36,143 nucleotides of DNA from an uncultured Oscillospiraceae bacterium (GCA_964497655.1 CAZCDJ010000002.1:1-36143); one strand, 5' to 3'; counted from the first letter of the stretch, positions 17,388 through 26,292 are shown. Made by a program: numbers and translations. Notes: a model not told the origin generated them from the sequence alone.

Positions 17388-18218
17388 TCACCCCTTTAGT
17401 GCGCCGTCCGCGATTCCCGCCAGAATCTGCTTCTGGAAAAACGCGTAGAATACGATAACCGGCAGCGCGGCGATGATGAGCGCGCTGAGGATCGCCGTCC
17501 AGTCGCTGCTGTACTGACCGAACAGGGTGTTCGTGCTCAGCAGCAGCGTGTACTTTTTGGAGTCGGAGATAACGATGAGGGGCAGCAGGAAATCGTTCCA
17601 AATCCACAGCACGTTGGTGATGGCCACCGTGGCGGTGATGGGCTTCAGCAAAGGAAACACCACCAGAAAAAAGGTTTGCAGCTCACCGCAGCCGTCGATG
17701 GCCGCAGCCTCCTCCAGCTCACGGGGGATGCCCTTCACAAAGCCGTGGTAGAGGAACACCGCCATGCTTACGCCCATGCCCGCGTAGACAAAGGACAGAC
17801 CCACCAGCGAATTTTTCAGCTTCAGCGCCAGCACCACCTTATAAAGGGGAATCATGATGGAGCTGAAGGGGATGAGCATGGAAAAGACAAAGAGCGCGAA
17901 CAGAAAGCCGGAGAGTCTGGTCTTTGTCCGGCACAGCTTCCATCCCGCCACCGAGGAAAAGAGGATGATGAGAAGCACGCTCAGCCCGGAGAGCAGCACG
18001 GTGTTGCCAAGGCTCCGCAGATAGTGCATCTTCCGGAATGTGCGGACATAATTCTCAAAGCTCAGCTGCGTGGGCAGAGACATCACGTTGGTCAAAAGCT
18101 CCCGGTTGGTCTTAAAGGAATTCATCAGCGCCATCAGCAGCGGAAACAGGCAGAAAAAGGCCGCCACGATAAGGGCCGCGTTCACCAGCACGGAGGAAAT
18201 GCGTCTGCTCCTGTTCAT
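17388..18218 (-). CDS. Carbohydrate ABC transporter permease (MalG-like)
   Basis: 276 aa, 6 predicted TM segments. EAA loop LEEAAAIDGCGELQTFFLVVFP. 4-nt overlap with the upstream permease gene. Confidence 0.85.
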   Translation of the reverse strand: MNRSRRISSVLVNAALIVAAFFCLFPLLMALMNSFKTNRELLTNVMSLPTQLSFENYVRTFRKMHYLRSLGNTVLLSGLSVLLIILFSSVAGWKLCRTKTRLSGFLFALFVFSMLIPFSSIMIPLYKVVLALKLKNSLVGLSFVYAGMGVSMAVFLYHGFVKGIPRELEEAAAIDGCGELQTFFLVVFPLLKPITATVAITNVLWIWNDFLLPLIVISDSKKYTLLLSTNTLFGQYSSDWTAILSALIIAALPVIVFYAFFQKQILAGIADGALKG

Positions 18219-19093
18219 AGCTCCTCCTCCCTGCCTTTCATCACCCGCAGCTGGATCACTGTGATCACCAGCACAATCAGGAACAGTATGGTGGACTTGG
18301 CGGTGGCATACCCGTAGCGCAGGTTCCCCCGGAAGGCCTCCTCATAGATATTCATGGCCACCGACTGGGTGGCGCGTCCGGGGCCGCCCCCCGTCAGCAC
18401 ATACACCACGTCGAACACCTGAAACGCGGAGTTCAGCGTCCAGAACACACAGATGGTGATGGCCGGACGAATCAGCGGAAATACCACCCGCCAGAAGCAC
18501 TGCCAGGCGGTGGCCCCATCCAGATGCGCCGCCTCCCGCAGCTCCCCGGAGACCCCCTGCAAGCCCGCCATATAGATGATCATCAGATAGCCCACCGCGC
18601 CCCAGCAGGCCACGATGATGATGGCCGCAAAGGCGTAGTGCGGGTCGCCAATCCAGGAATGATCCAGAAAGGTCATGCCCCAGTTGTCCGCCGCATAATA
18701 CAGCACCTTGGTGAAAATGAACATCCACATATAGCCACCAATGACCATGCTGATCATGTTCGGCAGATAGAATATGGTGCGGTAAAGACCACGGGCCCGC
18801 CGGCGGCTCTCGATGGCCACGGCCAGGGTCAGCGCCACCACGTTGGCCACAACCACCATCACCGCCACATATTTCAGCGTGAACAGCATGGAGTTCCAGA
18901 AGTATTTGTCCCGCAGCACGGTGATGAAGTTGTCAAACAGGACGAAATGATACTCCTTATTCAGTCCGTTCCAGTCGGTCATGGCGTAATATACGCCGGA
19001 AAACGCCGGGAACAGTTTAAAGATAAGGTAGACAAGAATGGCCGGCGCGCACAGCAGCAGCAAAGAAGCATTGGTTTGTGTTTTTGTTTTCAA
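18215..19093 (-). CDS. Carbohydrate ABC transporter permease (MalF-like)
   Basis: 292 aa. EAA loop LREAAHLDGATAWQCFWRVVFP. TTG start with GGAGGA 7 nt upstream. Confidence 0.85.
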   Translation of the reverse strand: MKTKTQTNASLLLLCAPAILVYLIFKLFPAFSGVYYAMTDWNGLNKEYHFVLFDNFITVLRDKYFWNSMLFTLKYVAVMVVVANVVALTLAVAIESRRRARGLYRTIFYLPNMISMVIGGYMWMFIFTKVLYYAADNWGMTFLDHSWIGDPHYAFAAIIIVACWGAVGYLMIIYMAGLQGVSGELREAAHLDGATAWQCFWRVVFPLIRPAITICVFWTLNSAFQVFDVVYVLTGGGPGRATQSVAMNIYEEAFRGNLRYGYATAKSTILFLIVLVITVIQLRVMKGREEEL

Positions 19094-19113
19094 GCGGCAT
19101 TCCTCCGGGTCAT

Positions 19114-19143
19114 TGAAAAGGGGCGGGCAATCGCCCGCCCCCC
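19114..19143 (-). terminator. Intra-operon stem-loop / partial terminator between the SBP and permease genes
   Basis: 9-bp all-GC stem GGGGCGGGC (19120-19128) / GCCCGCCCC (19133-19141) with a 4-nt loop. On the minus strand it is followed by TTTTCAAT. Confidence 0.5.
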
Positions 19144-19155
19144 TGATTTGTTAAC

Positions 19156-20439
19156 TTAGCCCTTATTGGCGTCCTGATAGGCCTGATCCATGCGGGCGAT
19201 GAAATTCACCTGGGTCACGCTGCCCACATAATACTCCTGCAGCAGCTTGCCCTGCTCGTCGGTGACGGCGGAGGGAAGCACCAGATCCTTGTAGCCGCGT
19301 CCGGCGGCCACATAGGCGGAGGCATCAGCCACCCAGCTGGCGGGGGCATAGGTATGGCAGCTGGCCAGCGGGTTGAAGGAGCAGCTCTCAAACAGCGCGG
19401 AGGAATCCGCGTCGTCCAGCACATAGTTGGCAAACTTCAGCGCCAGCTCCATCTGCTGGGTTTCGGGATGCACTGCCAGTGTGGTGGAAACAGACAGGTT
19501 GACGCGGGTGCACTCGGGGTTGTTGTTCACGGGGAGCGCGAACACGCCCAGCTGCATCTCGGGATTGGTGGTCATGATGGTGCCGGAGGCCCAGGTGCCC
19601 TGCACAAACATGGCGGCGGCGCCGTTGGCGAAGTCGGCCGCGCCGGCCTCGGAGCCTTCCTCCATGGCGCGATCGGTGCCGTTTTTCATAATGAGATCAA
19701 TGGGCCCGAAGATGTCGGCAACTTCCTCGTAGGAGCCCTTGTCCTCGTTCATGCGATCCACCCAATCGGGAATCTCGCCGGAGACCTTGCCGCCCAGCGT
19801 CAGCGCGGTCATCAGCTGGGGCACCCACTGCTCCTGGAACGCCAGCATGAAGGGGGTGTAGCCCTTTTCCTTCAGCACGGCGCAGACGTTGGTCAGCTCA
19901 TCCAGCGTATCGGGAGCCTCAAGGCCGCACTCGGCAAAGATGGCCTTGTTGTACAGGCAGCCCCAGGCCTGACTCTCCAGCGGCACGCCCAGAACCTTGC
20001 CGTCATAGGTGACCATGGCCTTCACGTCGTCATAGATCTTGCCGGAGAGCGCCTCGCCCGACAGGTCGGTCAGATAGCCGGCCCCGTAGAAGGTGGCGAT
20101 GTTGTTGCTGTGCAGGGTGTAGAGATCGGGTGCGTCTCCGCCGGAGAGGCGGGCCTGCAGCACGCTCTCGTAGTCGCCGGAGCTGGGCATTTCCAGATTG
20201 ATGGTCAGCTTGATGTTGTCCTCGGCCAGAACCTTGGCCTCAAACTGCTTGCAATAGGTCTCCCACTGATCCATGTACTGGGGGAAGCTCATCATAATGT
20301 TGAGCTCGGCCTCCACGGGCTCCGCCCCGGGTGTGGGAGCCGCCCCACTCTCGGTGCTCTGGGCGGCGGGCTTTCCTCCGCAGGCTGCAAGAGACAGCAG
20401 GATGCAGAGCGCAAGTGCAATGACAATGGTCTTTTTCAT
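19156..20439 (-). CDS. Carbohydrate ABC transporter substrate-binding lipoprotein
   Basis: 427 aa from ATG 20439 (MKKTIVIALALCILLSLAAC-GG lipobox; GGGAGGA RBS). Family-1 extracellular solute-binding fold. The track's upstream extension to 20511 has no RBS and runs into the regulator's 3' end. Confidence 0.85.
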   Translation of the reverse strand: MKKTIVIALALCILLSLAACGGKPAAQSTESGAAPTPGAEPVEAELNIMMSFPQYMDQWETYCKQFEAKVLAEDNIKLTINLEMPSSGDYESVLQARLSGGDAPDLYTLHSNNIATFYGAGYLTDLSGEALSGKIYDDVKAMVTYDGKVLGVPLESQAWGCLYNKAIFAECGLEAPDTLDELTNVCAVLKEKGYTPFMLAFQEQWVPQLMTALTLGGKVSGEIPDWVDRMNEDKGSYEEVADIFGPIDLIMKNGTDRAMEEGSEAGAADFANGAAAMFVQGTWASGTIMTTNPEMQLGVFALPVNNNPECTRVNLSVSTTLAVHPETQQMELALKFANYVLDDADSSALFESCSFNPLASCHTYAPASWVADASAYVAAGRGYKDLVLPSAVTDEQGKLLQEYYVGSVTQVNFIARMDQAYQDANKG

Positions 20440-20460
20440 GTTTGTCCTCCCTTTTTGAGT

Positions 20461-20484
20461 ATAATGACCAAACTGTGTCATTAT
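20461..20484. promoter_or_regulatory. Inverted repeat (candidate operator) in the sugar-ABC promoter region
   Basis: ATAATGAC (20461-20468), 8 nt, then GTCATTAT (20477-20484): perfect 8-bp arms. It overlaps a minus-strand TATACT -10-like hexamer (20458-20463), about 20-45 nt upstream of ATG 20439. Confidence 0.35.
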
Positions 20485-20514
20485 CGTAGCACCGCGCTGT
20501 GCAAAACGCATTGT

Positions 20515-21624
20515 CTATTTGGAACCAGTTTTCTTGTCATTTGTTGAACTGCGCTGCATCTCCCCCGGCGTTATGCTAAAATATCTCTTAAAGGTTTTGT
20601 GGAAATGTGTCAAGTCCATGTATCCCACCCGCTCCCCGACCTCCTTGATGGGGACGCGGTAAACGCAAATCAGCTCCCGGGCCCGCTACATACGTCGGGC
20701 AATCAGATAGTCGTTGAAGCCGCAGCCCACCTCCGCCTTGAAGCAGCGGCTCAGGTACTCTCGGCTCACATAGAACCGCCCCGCCACGTCCTCCAGCGAG
20801 AGCGCGGCGGTATAGTTGTCGTCAATAAAGCTTTTAATCCGCTCAATGTCCAGTCTGCCCCGCCGACGGGTAAGGCGCTCCACCGTCTCCGCCGCCTGAC
20901 AAAACGCACCGCAGAGATACTCCAGCATCTCCCCAAAGCTCCCCTCCGGGCCAAACACAAAGGAAAGCCCCTGCTCTCCAAACACCTCGCCCACGGTGCA
21001 ACCGCTGTCCTCCAAATATTTTTGCAGCCCGTCCAGCAGCCGGTAATACACCGAGACCTGCTCCCCTATCTCCGCCTCGTCCCGCAGCAGCGCCTTCAGG
21101 GCATCAAATTTTGCGGTGAGCTTCCCCCGGTCTCCACTGACCAGCAGGTCGCAGAGGCTTTGCCGAAGCTGCTCGAACCGCTTTGCCCACTCTCTGTCCC
21201 GCAGCCCGCCGGAGAACACCTCCCCGCCGGAGCCGCTCCGCCGCGTCTCTCCGATTCGGGCGGTGCAGGCAGCCAGCCGTTCGTTCAGCTCGCTCTCCTT
21301 CACCGGCTTCAGCAGATAATCGAACACACAGCTCTGCATGGCCGAGTGGACAAATTCATAATCATCATATCCGCTGACGACAATCACCTTTGTGTCCGGG
21401 TGCTTCTCATGCAGCGCCTTGGCAAGCTGCAAGCCGCTGAACCGGGGCATTTTCACATCGGTGATGACGATATCCGGCGCAAGCTGCTCCACCAGCTCCA
21501 TGCCCGCCGCACCGTCGGACGCCTCGCCCACGATGGCAATGCCCAGCTCGTTCCAATGTCCCAGCGCCTTGACCACATCCCGCGTCCACGGCTCGTCGTC
21601 AATCAGAATCGCCCTGTATTTCAT
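20515..21624 (-). pseudogene. YesN-type response regulator (REC + AraC/XylS HTH) interrupted by an in-frame TAG
   Basis: REC domain: MKYRAILIDDEP, phospho-acceptor IVITDVKMP, LLKP. AraC domain: LSLEDVAGRFYVSREYLSRCFKAEVGCGFNDYLIARRM, then TAG (20688-20686), then in the same frame RARELICVYRVPIKEVGERVGYMDLTHFHKTFKRYFSITPGEMQR... to TAG 20517-20515. The stop removes the second HTH of the DNA-binding domain. Confidence 0.7.
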
Positions 21625-23398
21625 CCTTTCCCGCCTCCCCGTCAAGATATTTCAGTGTGGCCGCAACGGTGGTGCCCTCGCCCACGCCGCTCGCAATGGT
21701 AATCCCATAGGGCGCGCCGCCATAACGCAGGCGCAGCCGCATATTCACGTTGCTGAGGCCAATGTGCTTGCCGCTGACAAGCCCGGTCTCCTCGTCCTCC
21801 GCCAGACGGGCCCGCAATTCCGAAAGGGTCTCCGGCGCGATGCCCACGCCGTTATCCGATAGCTGCAGCAACAGATCCCCGCTCTCCGTCAGCCGCGCCC
21901 GCAGCAGAATATCCCATGGCCCGGTCTTCTCCGGCAGTCCGTGGGAGAAGCTGTTTTCCAGCAGCGGCTGCAAAATCAGCTTGGGAATCATGGCGGAGAG
22001 CAGCCGGGGCCTGCTCTCAATCCGCAGCTTGATCTTATTGCCGAACCTGTGGTTCTGGATGCTGATATAGCATTCCAGATACCGTATTTCCTCCCGCAGC
22101 TCCACCATCTCCCGGGAAAAGCTCAGGGAATATCGGAGGATATCTCCCAACGCGGTGGTGACGGAATAGATGTCCGGCACACCGCTTTTCAGCGCCATTC
22201 CGCCGATGACCTGAAGGGTGTTATACATGAAGTGGGGATTGATCTGGGATTGCAGCGCATAAAGCTGGGCATTGCGCTTTGCGATCTTGCTCTTATACTC
22301 ACTGTCGATCAGCTCCCGGTTATGGGTCACCATCTCGTTGAAGCTGTCCTGCAGAAAACCAATTTCGTCACCGCGCCGGGGCGTCTCCATCACGTTCTCC
22401 CGATCCAGACTGATGGAGCGCATTTTTTCCGAAAGATCTACCACGGGCTTGCTGACGATGCGGGCAAAGGCCGCGGAGAACACAAGGGATATAATTACCG
22501 CCAGCACCGCCACCGCCACGCCGCTGAGCAGCGTGGTGCTCAGCGCGCGGAGAATGGTGCTGTCCGGAATGGACTGGAGGATAATGAGCTTTCCGCCGCT
22601 GACGCTGCGGTAAAACCAGAAATACCCGTCCCTGTGCATATCCCCGGAGAGGCTTCCCGACAGCTCTCCGGCAATCTCTCCCGCCAGGGCCAGGTCGTAG
22701 TGTTCCTCCGACCCCAGGTCGGACTCAATGATGTCCCCCTGGTCGTTGAACAGCAGCAGCGTTTCCGCGTTGACCGTCTTGATGTCGTCCAGAATATCCT
22801 GAATAAAATAGGGCCTCAGCCGGATCAGCATCAGAGCCACCGGCGCGGCGCTGTCCGCCCGGTACATCTGGTGGTACAGCTGTATCTCCTTCTCGTCCCG
22901 CAGAAACACAATGTTGGTCTGCAGCTTCTGCCCCCGCCCGGCCCAGCCGTCCAGCCGCTGGTCGGTTTGGGTGAAGGCAGCGCCGGAACGCTTGGCAATC
23001 AGCGCCTCCCCGGTGCTCAGGTTATACAGCTCCACCGAATTGATGTTCTTATCAATGCTCACCGTCTGGTTCAGCGCGCCGATCATACGCAGCCGCGCGG
23101 TGTAATCCAGCTGATCGCCCCGATCGTACCAGTTGTAAACGTCCGCGCAAAAGGACTTCTCAATCTCAAACTTGTAAAACGCCCGGGTGTACCCCTCAAT
23201 CTCCATCTCCAAGCGACTTTGCAGCCACTCCACACTCATACGGCTGTCGTAAATAAGCTGGTCGCGCATGGTGGAATAGGTGATGGAGAGGGCGGTCACG
23301 GTGACAAGGAGCACAGGCAAAACAGACACCGCCGCCATCATGGCAAACAGCTTTCGGTTGATGGAAAGATCCCTCAGTTTTTCGTACAGCTTCCCCAT
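21599..23398 (-). CDS. YesM-type sensor histidine kinase
   Basis: 599 aa from ATG 23398 (MGKLYEKL...). Two TM segments flank an extracytoplasmic sensor of about 270 aa. HAMP, His-kinase box QINPHFMYNTL and HATPase_c (LSDNGVGI) follow. The 3' end overlaps the regulator start by 26 nt. Confidence 0.85.
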   Translation of the reverse strand: MGKLYEKLRDLSINRKLFAMMAAVSVLPVLLVTVTALSITYSTMRDQLIYDSRMSVEWLQSRLEMEIEGYTRAFYKFEIEKSFCADVYNWYDRGDQLDYTARLRMIGALNQTVSIDKNINSVELYNLSTGEALIAKRSGAAFTQTDQRLDGWAGRGQKLQTNIVFLRDEKEIQLYHQMYRADSAAPVALMLIRLRPYFIQDILDDIKTVNAETLLLFNDQGDIIESDLGSEEHYDLALAGEIAGELSGSLSGDMHRDGYFWFYRSVSGGKLIILQSIPDSTILRALSTTLLSGVAVAVLAVIISLVFSAAFARIVSKPVVDLSEKMRSISLDRENVMETPRRGDEIGFLQDSFNEMVTHNRELIDSEYKSKIAKRNAQLYALQSQINPHFMYNTLQVIGGMALKSGVPDIYSVTTALGDILRYSLSFSREMVELREEIRYLECYISIQNHRFGNKIKLRIESRPRLLSAMIPKLILQPLLENSFSHGLPEKTGPWDILLRARLTESGDLLLQLSDNGVGIAPETLSELRARLAEDEETGLVSGKHIGLSNVNMRLRLRYGGAPYGITIASGVGEGTTVAATLKYLDGEAGKDEIQGDSD

Positions 23399-23458
23399 AA
23401 CGAACCTCCGGCACAGAACTCGTTTTCTTGAGTATATCATAGAAACGCCGGCGCGTCC

Positions 23459-23501
23459 GAATAAAATGCCGACCTTTGGCTATCGTCCAAAGGTCGGCAT
23501 T
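23459..23501 (-). terminator. Rho-independent terminator of the Cys-rich protein gene
   Basis: 15-bp stem AATGCCGACCTTTGG (23465-23479) / CCAAAGGTCGGCATT (23487-23501) with a 7-nt loop. On the minus strand it is followed by TTTTAT (complement of 23461-23466). Confidence 0.7.
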
Positions 23502-23575
23502 CTTTGTCAAAACGGCCAGCACGCAAGATGGTGGTCAAATTACAGCTTTGAGGAATTATCTGGTAAGCGCAAGCG

Positions 23576-24292
23576 TCACTCCGGGTAGTAGGGGCAGCCG
23601 GCCTTGAGGCATTCGGAGCAGCGGCGGGCGTAGGCGCAGGGGATGCGCTCGTCCTCCATGGTCACGCCCAGGTGCTCCGCCGCGAAACGCACCCCGGCGC
23701 TCACCGCCGTGCGGCTGGTGCGCTTGCAGCAGCGGGGGCCGCCCAGCTCCGCGTTGCGGATAAGGCACTCCCCCGTCAGCTGCTGGGATAGCGCCCAGTT
23801 TTCGCCGCTGAGCGGACTTGCCCCCAGCGCCACGCTGGCAAAGATGCCCGCGCCCACCGCCGCGCCGCAGGCTCCCAGATAGCCGCAGGCGCCGCCGGGA
23901 ACCTGCTTGCCCCGCCGGGCCGCCTCACGCAGCGCACGGGGCAGATCCAGCTCTCCGCCGCAGTTGTGGTAGGCGGTGAGCAGCACGCAGGGCACAATGC
24001 TGTGATGCTCCGGCCCGTGCATATGCACCGCCCGGTTGGCCATCACGGTTTCCAGCAGTCGCTGGGGACTTTTTTCCCGGGACTCCAGCAGCAGGGGCAG
24101 CAAAAACAGCAGCGCGCCCATGGAGTGGCACTCGTCGCAGACAAAGTGTCCGTTTTCGCAGCTGGCGTTGGCGGGAAAGCTGCGGTGGCAGATGGCGCAC
24201 TCCCGCTTCTCCGCCTCGTCCATATAGACGAGCTTTGCGCCGCAAATGAGGCAGTTGACCGAATGCTGCCGATTGTTTTCCGCTGGTTTCAT
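23576..24292 (-). CDS. Cys-rich putative metal/redox protein (zinc-ribbon N-terminus; possibly DUF5714-like)
   Basis: 238 aa, monocistronic with its own terminator. N-terminal CLIC-x14-CAIC and CENGHFVCDEC Cys clusters. Central HMHGPEHH. Gly/Cys-rich GGACGYLGACGAAVGAG, reminiscent of C_GCAxxG_C_C-type proteins. C-terminal CCKR and CAYARRCSECLKAGC. The family name is from memory only. Confidence 0.5.
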   Translation of the reverse strand: MKPAENNRQHSVNCLICGAKLVYMDEAEKRECAICHRSFPANASCENGHFVCDECHSMGALLFLLPLLLESREKSPQRLLETVMANRAVHMHGPEHHSIVPCVLLTAYHNCGGELDLPRALREAARRGKQVPGGACGYLGACGAAVGAGIFASVALGASPLSGENWALSQQLTGECLIRNAELGGPRCCKRTSRTAVSAGVRFAAEHLGVTMEDERIPCAYARRCSECLKAGCPYYPE

Positions 24293-24352
24293 TTGTTTTT
24301 CTCCTTTTGCCCCGGTATTTTTCCGGGCAGACTACAAATCTTGTGATACCGC

Positions 24353-24381
24353 TTGAATTTTCTGGCTCTGTTCGATAAAAT
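24353..24381 (+). promoter_or_regulatory. Candidate sigma-A promoter of the TetR-GT4 operon
   Basis: TTGAAT (24353-24358), 17-nt spacer, TAAAAT (24376-24381). The leader contains a 7-bp GC stem, GCGCGGC...GCCGCGC. Confidence 0.4.
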
Positions 24382-24441
24382 AAGGAAAACTATGCAATAG
24401 GGAGGCGCGGCAGATGCGTTACGCCGGCCGCGCGCAGAGGA

Positions 24442-25104
24442 ATGGGAAGAACAAAGTACACGGAGGAGGAGAGAGTACACATGCTCTCCCTCTTTATCCG
24501 CACCACAAGAGAGATCATTGACAGCGAGGGCATGGAGCAGGTGTCCATCCGGAAGATTGGGCAGCGCAGCGGCTACAACAGCGCCACCTTTTACTCCTAT
24601 TTTCAGGATTTGGACGAGCTGATCACCATCTCCTCCATGAGCTATCTGGAGGACTACTGCGGCGCGCTGGCCCGGGAGCTGCGGCAGCCCCGCTCCTCGC
24701 TGGACACCTATCTGCTCACCTGGGAGCTGTTCGGGCAATACGCCTTCACCTACCCGCAGGTGTTTCAGCGCCTCTTTTTTCACCCCCACAGCAAGCCGCT
24801 GGCGGAGAGCATCGCCCGCTATTACGAGTGCTTCCCCCAACAGCTCGCCTGCATTGACGGCGCGGTGAAGCAGATGCTCCGGGGCGGCTCCCTGGAGGAG
24901 CGGGACATCCCCGTGCTGGCGCCGCTGGCGGCGGAGGGTCTGATCAGACCCCAGGACGCGGAGCTGATCAGCGAGCTGGCGGTGTCCCACTTCCGCTCGC
25001 TGCTGGAGGAGAAGTGCGCGGCGGGGGACGGGGCGGATAACGACGCGCTGCTGGCGCGGCAGATGCTGGCAGTCCGCTTTCTGCTGCGTCTGGGCGGAAG
25101 GTGA
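24442..25104 (+). CDS. TetR/AcrR-family transcriptional regulator
   Basis: 220 aa. N-terminal TetR HTH VSIRKIGQRSGYNSATFYSYFQDLDELI. An alternative start is ATG 24481, preceded by GGAGGAGGAG with a 9-nt spacer. Confidence 0.85.
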   Translation: MGRTKYTEEERVHMLSLFIRTTREIIDSEGMEQVSIRKIGQRSGYNSATFYSYFQDLDELITISSMSYLEDYCGALARELRQPRSSLDTYLLTWELFGQYAFTYPQVFQRLFFHPHSKPLAESIARYYECFPQQLACIDGAVKQMLRGGSLEERDIPVLAPLAAEGLIRPQDAELISELAVSHFRSLLEEKCAAGDGADNDALLARQMLAVRFLLRLGGR

Positions 25105-25107
25105 GCC

Positions 25108-26292
25108 ATGCGAATCCTGAATGTAACCGCCCAAAAGCCCCACTCCACAGGCAGCGGCGTCTACCTGACCGAGACCGTCCGGGCCTTTGTCGCGCTGGGA
25201 CATACCGTGGCGGTGGTGGCCGGCGTCCGCACCGATGATGCGGTGCATTTTCCGGAGGGCACGGCCTTCTACCCCGTCTATTACCAGTCTGCCGCCCTGC
25301 CCTTCCCCGTCTGCGGAATGTCCGACGAGATGCCCTACGAGAGCACGGTGTACCGCGCCATGGACGGAGAGATGGTGGGCTGCTTTGAATGCGCCTTTGC
25401 CGACGCGCTGCGCGCCGCGGTGGAGGACTTCCGTCCGGAGGTCATTCTCTGCCACCACCTGTACCTGCTCACCGCCCTCACAAGGCGGCTGTTCCCCCAC
25501 CTGCCCGTATGGGGCGTGTGCCACGGCACCGATCTGCGCCAGATGGCGACCAACCCCCTGCGCCGGGAGGAAATCCGGGCGGGTGTGGCCGGACTGGACA
25601 AGCTGTGCTGTCTGCACCAGGCGCAGCGCGATCAGGTGATGGAGGTGTACGGCGTGCCCCGGGAAAAGACGCTGGTGGCGGGTGTGGGCTACAACGACCG
25701 CATCTTCTACGACCGGAGGCTGAGAGTGCCCCACCGGGAGACACGGCTTATCTACGCGGGAAAAATAGCCGAGAAGAAGGGCGTATACAGCCTGCTGGCC
25801 GCCCTGCCCCTGCTGGGTCTGGGGCGGGAGGACTTCTCCCTGCGTCTGGCCGGGGGCTGGAACAACGACGCCCAGCGCGACCGGGCTCTTGAGATGATTG
25901 CCCGCTGCGGCTATGACGTGACGCTGCTGGGGCCTCTCCGTCAGGAGGAGCTGGCCGGGGAGCTGTGCCGGGCCGATGTATTTGTACTCCCCTCCTTCTT
26001 TGAGGGGCTGCCGCTGGTGCTGGCGGAGGCCATGGCCTGCGGAGACCGGGTGGTCTGCACGGAGCTGCCCGGCGTGCGGCAGTGGATGGACACACACTCG
26101 CCCGGGAACGGCATTCGCTTCGTCCCGCCACCGCCCATGGAAAACACCGACACTCCCCTACCCGGCACCCTGCCCACCTTTGAGGCGGCGCTGGCCCGGG
26201 CCATCCGAGCCGCGGCGGAGGACGCGCCTGCCGCCGTCAACCTCACCGCCCTGTCGTGGACAGCCGTCGCCCGGCGGATTCTGGGTGAATAG
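25108..26292 (+). CDS. Glycosyltransferase family 4 (GT-B fold)
   Basis: 394 aa. Starts 3 nt after the TetR stop, with its RBS GGAAGGTGA inside the TetR 3' end. C-terminal GT4 motif FVLPSFFEGLPLVLAEAMACG. No TM segment or signal peptide. Confidence 0.8.
   Translation: MRILNVTAQKPHSTGSGVYLTETVRAFVALGHTVAVVAGVRTDDAVHFPEGTAFYPVYYQSAALPFPVCGMSDEMPYESTVYRAMDGEMVGCFECAFADALRAAVEDFRPEVILCHHLYLLTALTRRLFPHLPVWGVCHGTDLRQMATNPLRREEIRAGVAGLDKLCCLHQAQRDQVMEVYGVPREKTLVAGVGYNDRIFYDRRLRVPHRETRLIYAGKIAEKKGVYSLLAALPLLGLGREDFSLRLAGGWNNDAQRDRALEMIARCGYDVTLLGPLRQEELAGELCRADVFVLPSFFEGLPLVLAEAMACGDRVVCTELPGVRQWMDTHSPGNGIRFVPPPPMENTDTPLPGTLPTFEAALARAIRAAAEDAPAAVNLTALSWTAVARRILGE

Noticed and set aside
20686-20688. 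In-frame TAG in the response regulator read as pyrrolysine or programmed recoding
   Set aside because: No pyl genes or methylamine methyltransferase context are visible in the window. TAG is used as an ordinary stop elsewhere here (e.g. 889-891, 30-32). The position is a variable surface residue of an AraC helix. A nonsense mutation or sequencing error is far more likely.
24289-26097. 602-aa minus-strand ORF spanning the TetR and GT4 genes
   Set aside because: It lies antisense to two plus-strand genes with clear family motifs (TetR HTH, GT4 EX7E-type motif). Its translation is Arg/Gly/Pro/Gln/His-rich low-complexity sequence with no recognisable motif and no RBS. This is a typical shadow ORF in high-GC DNA.
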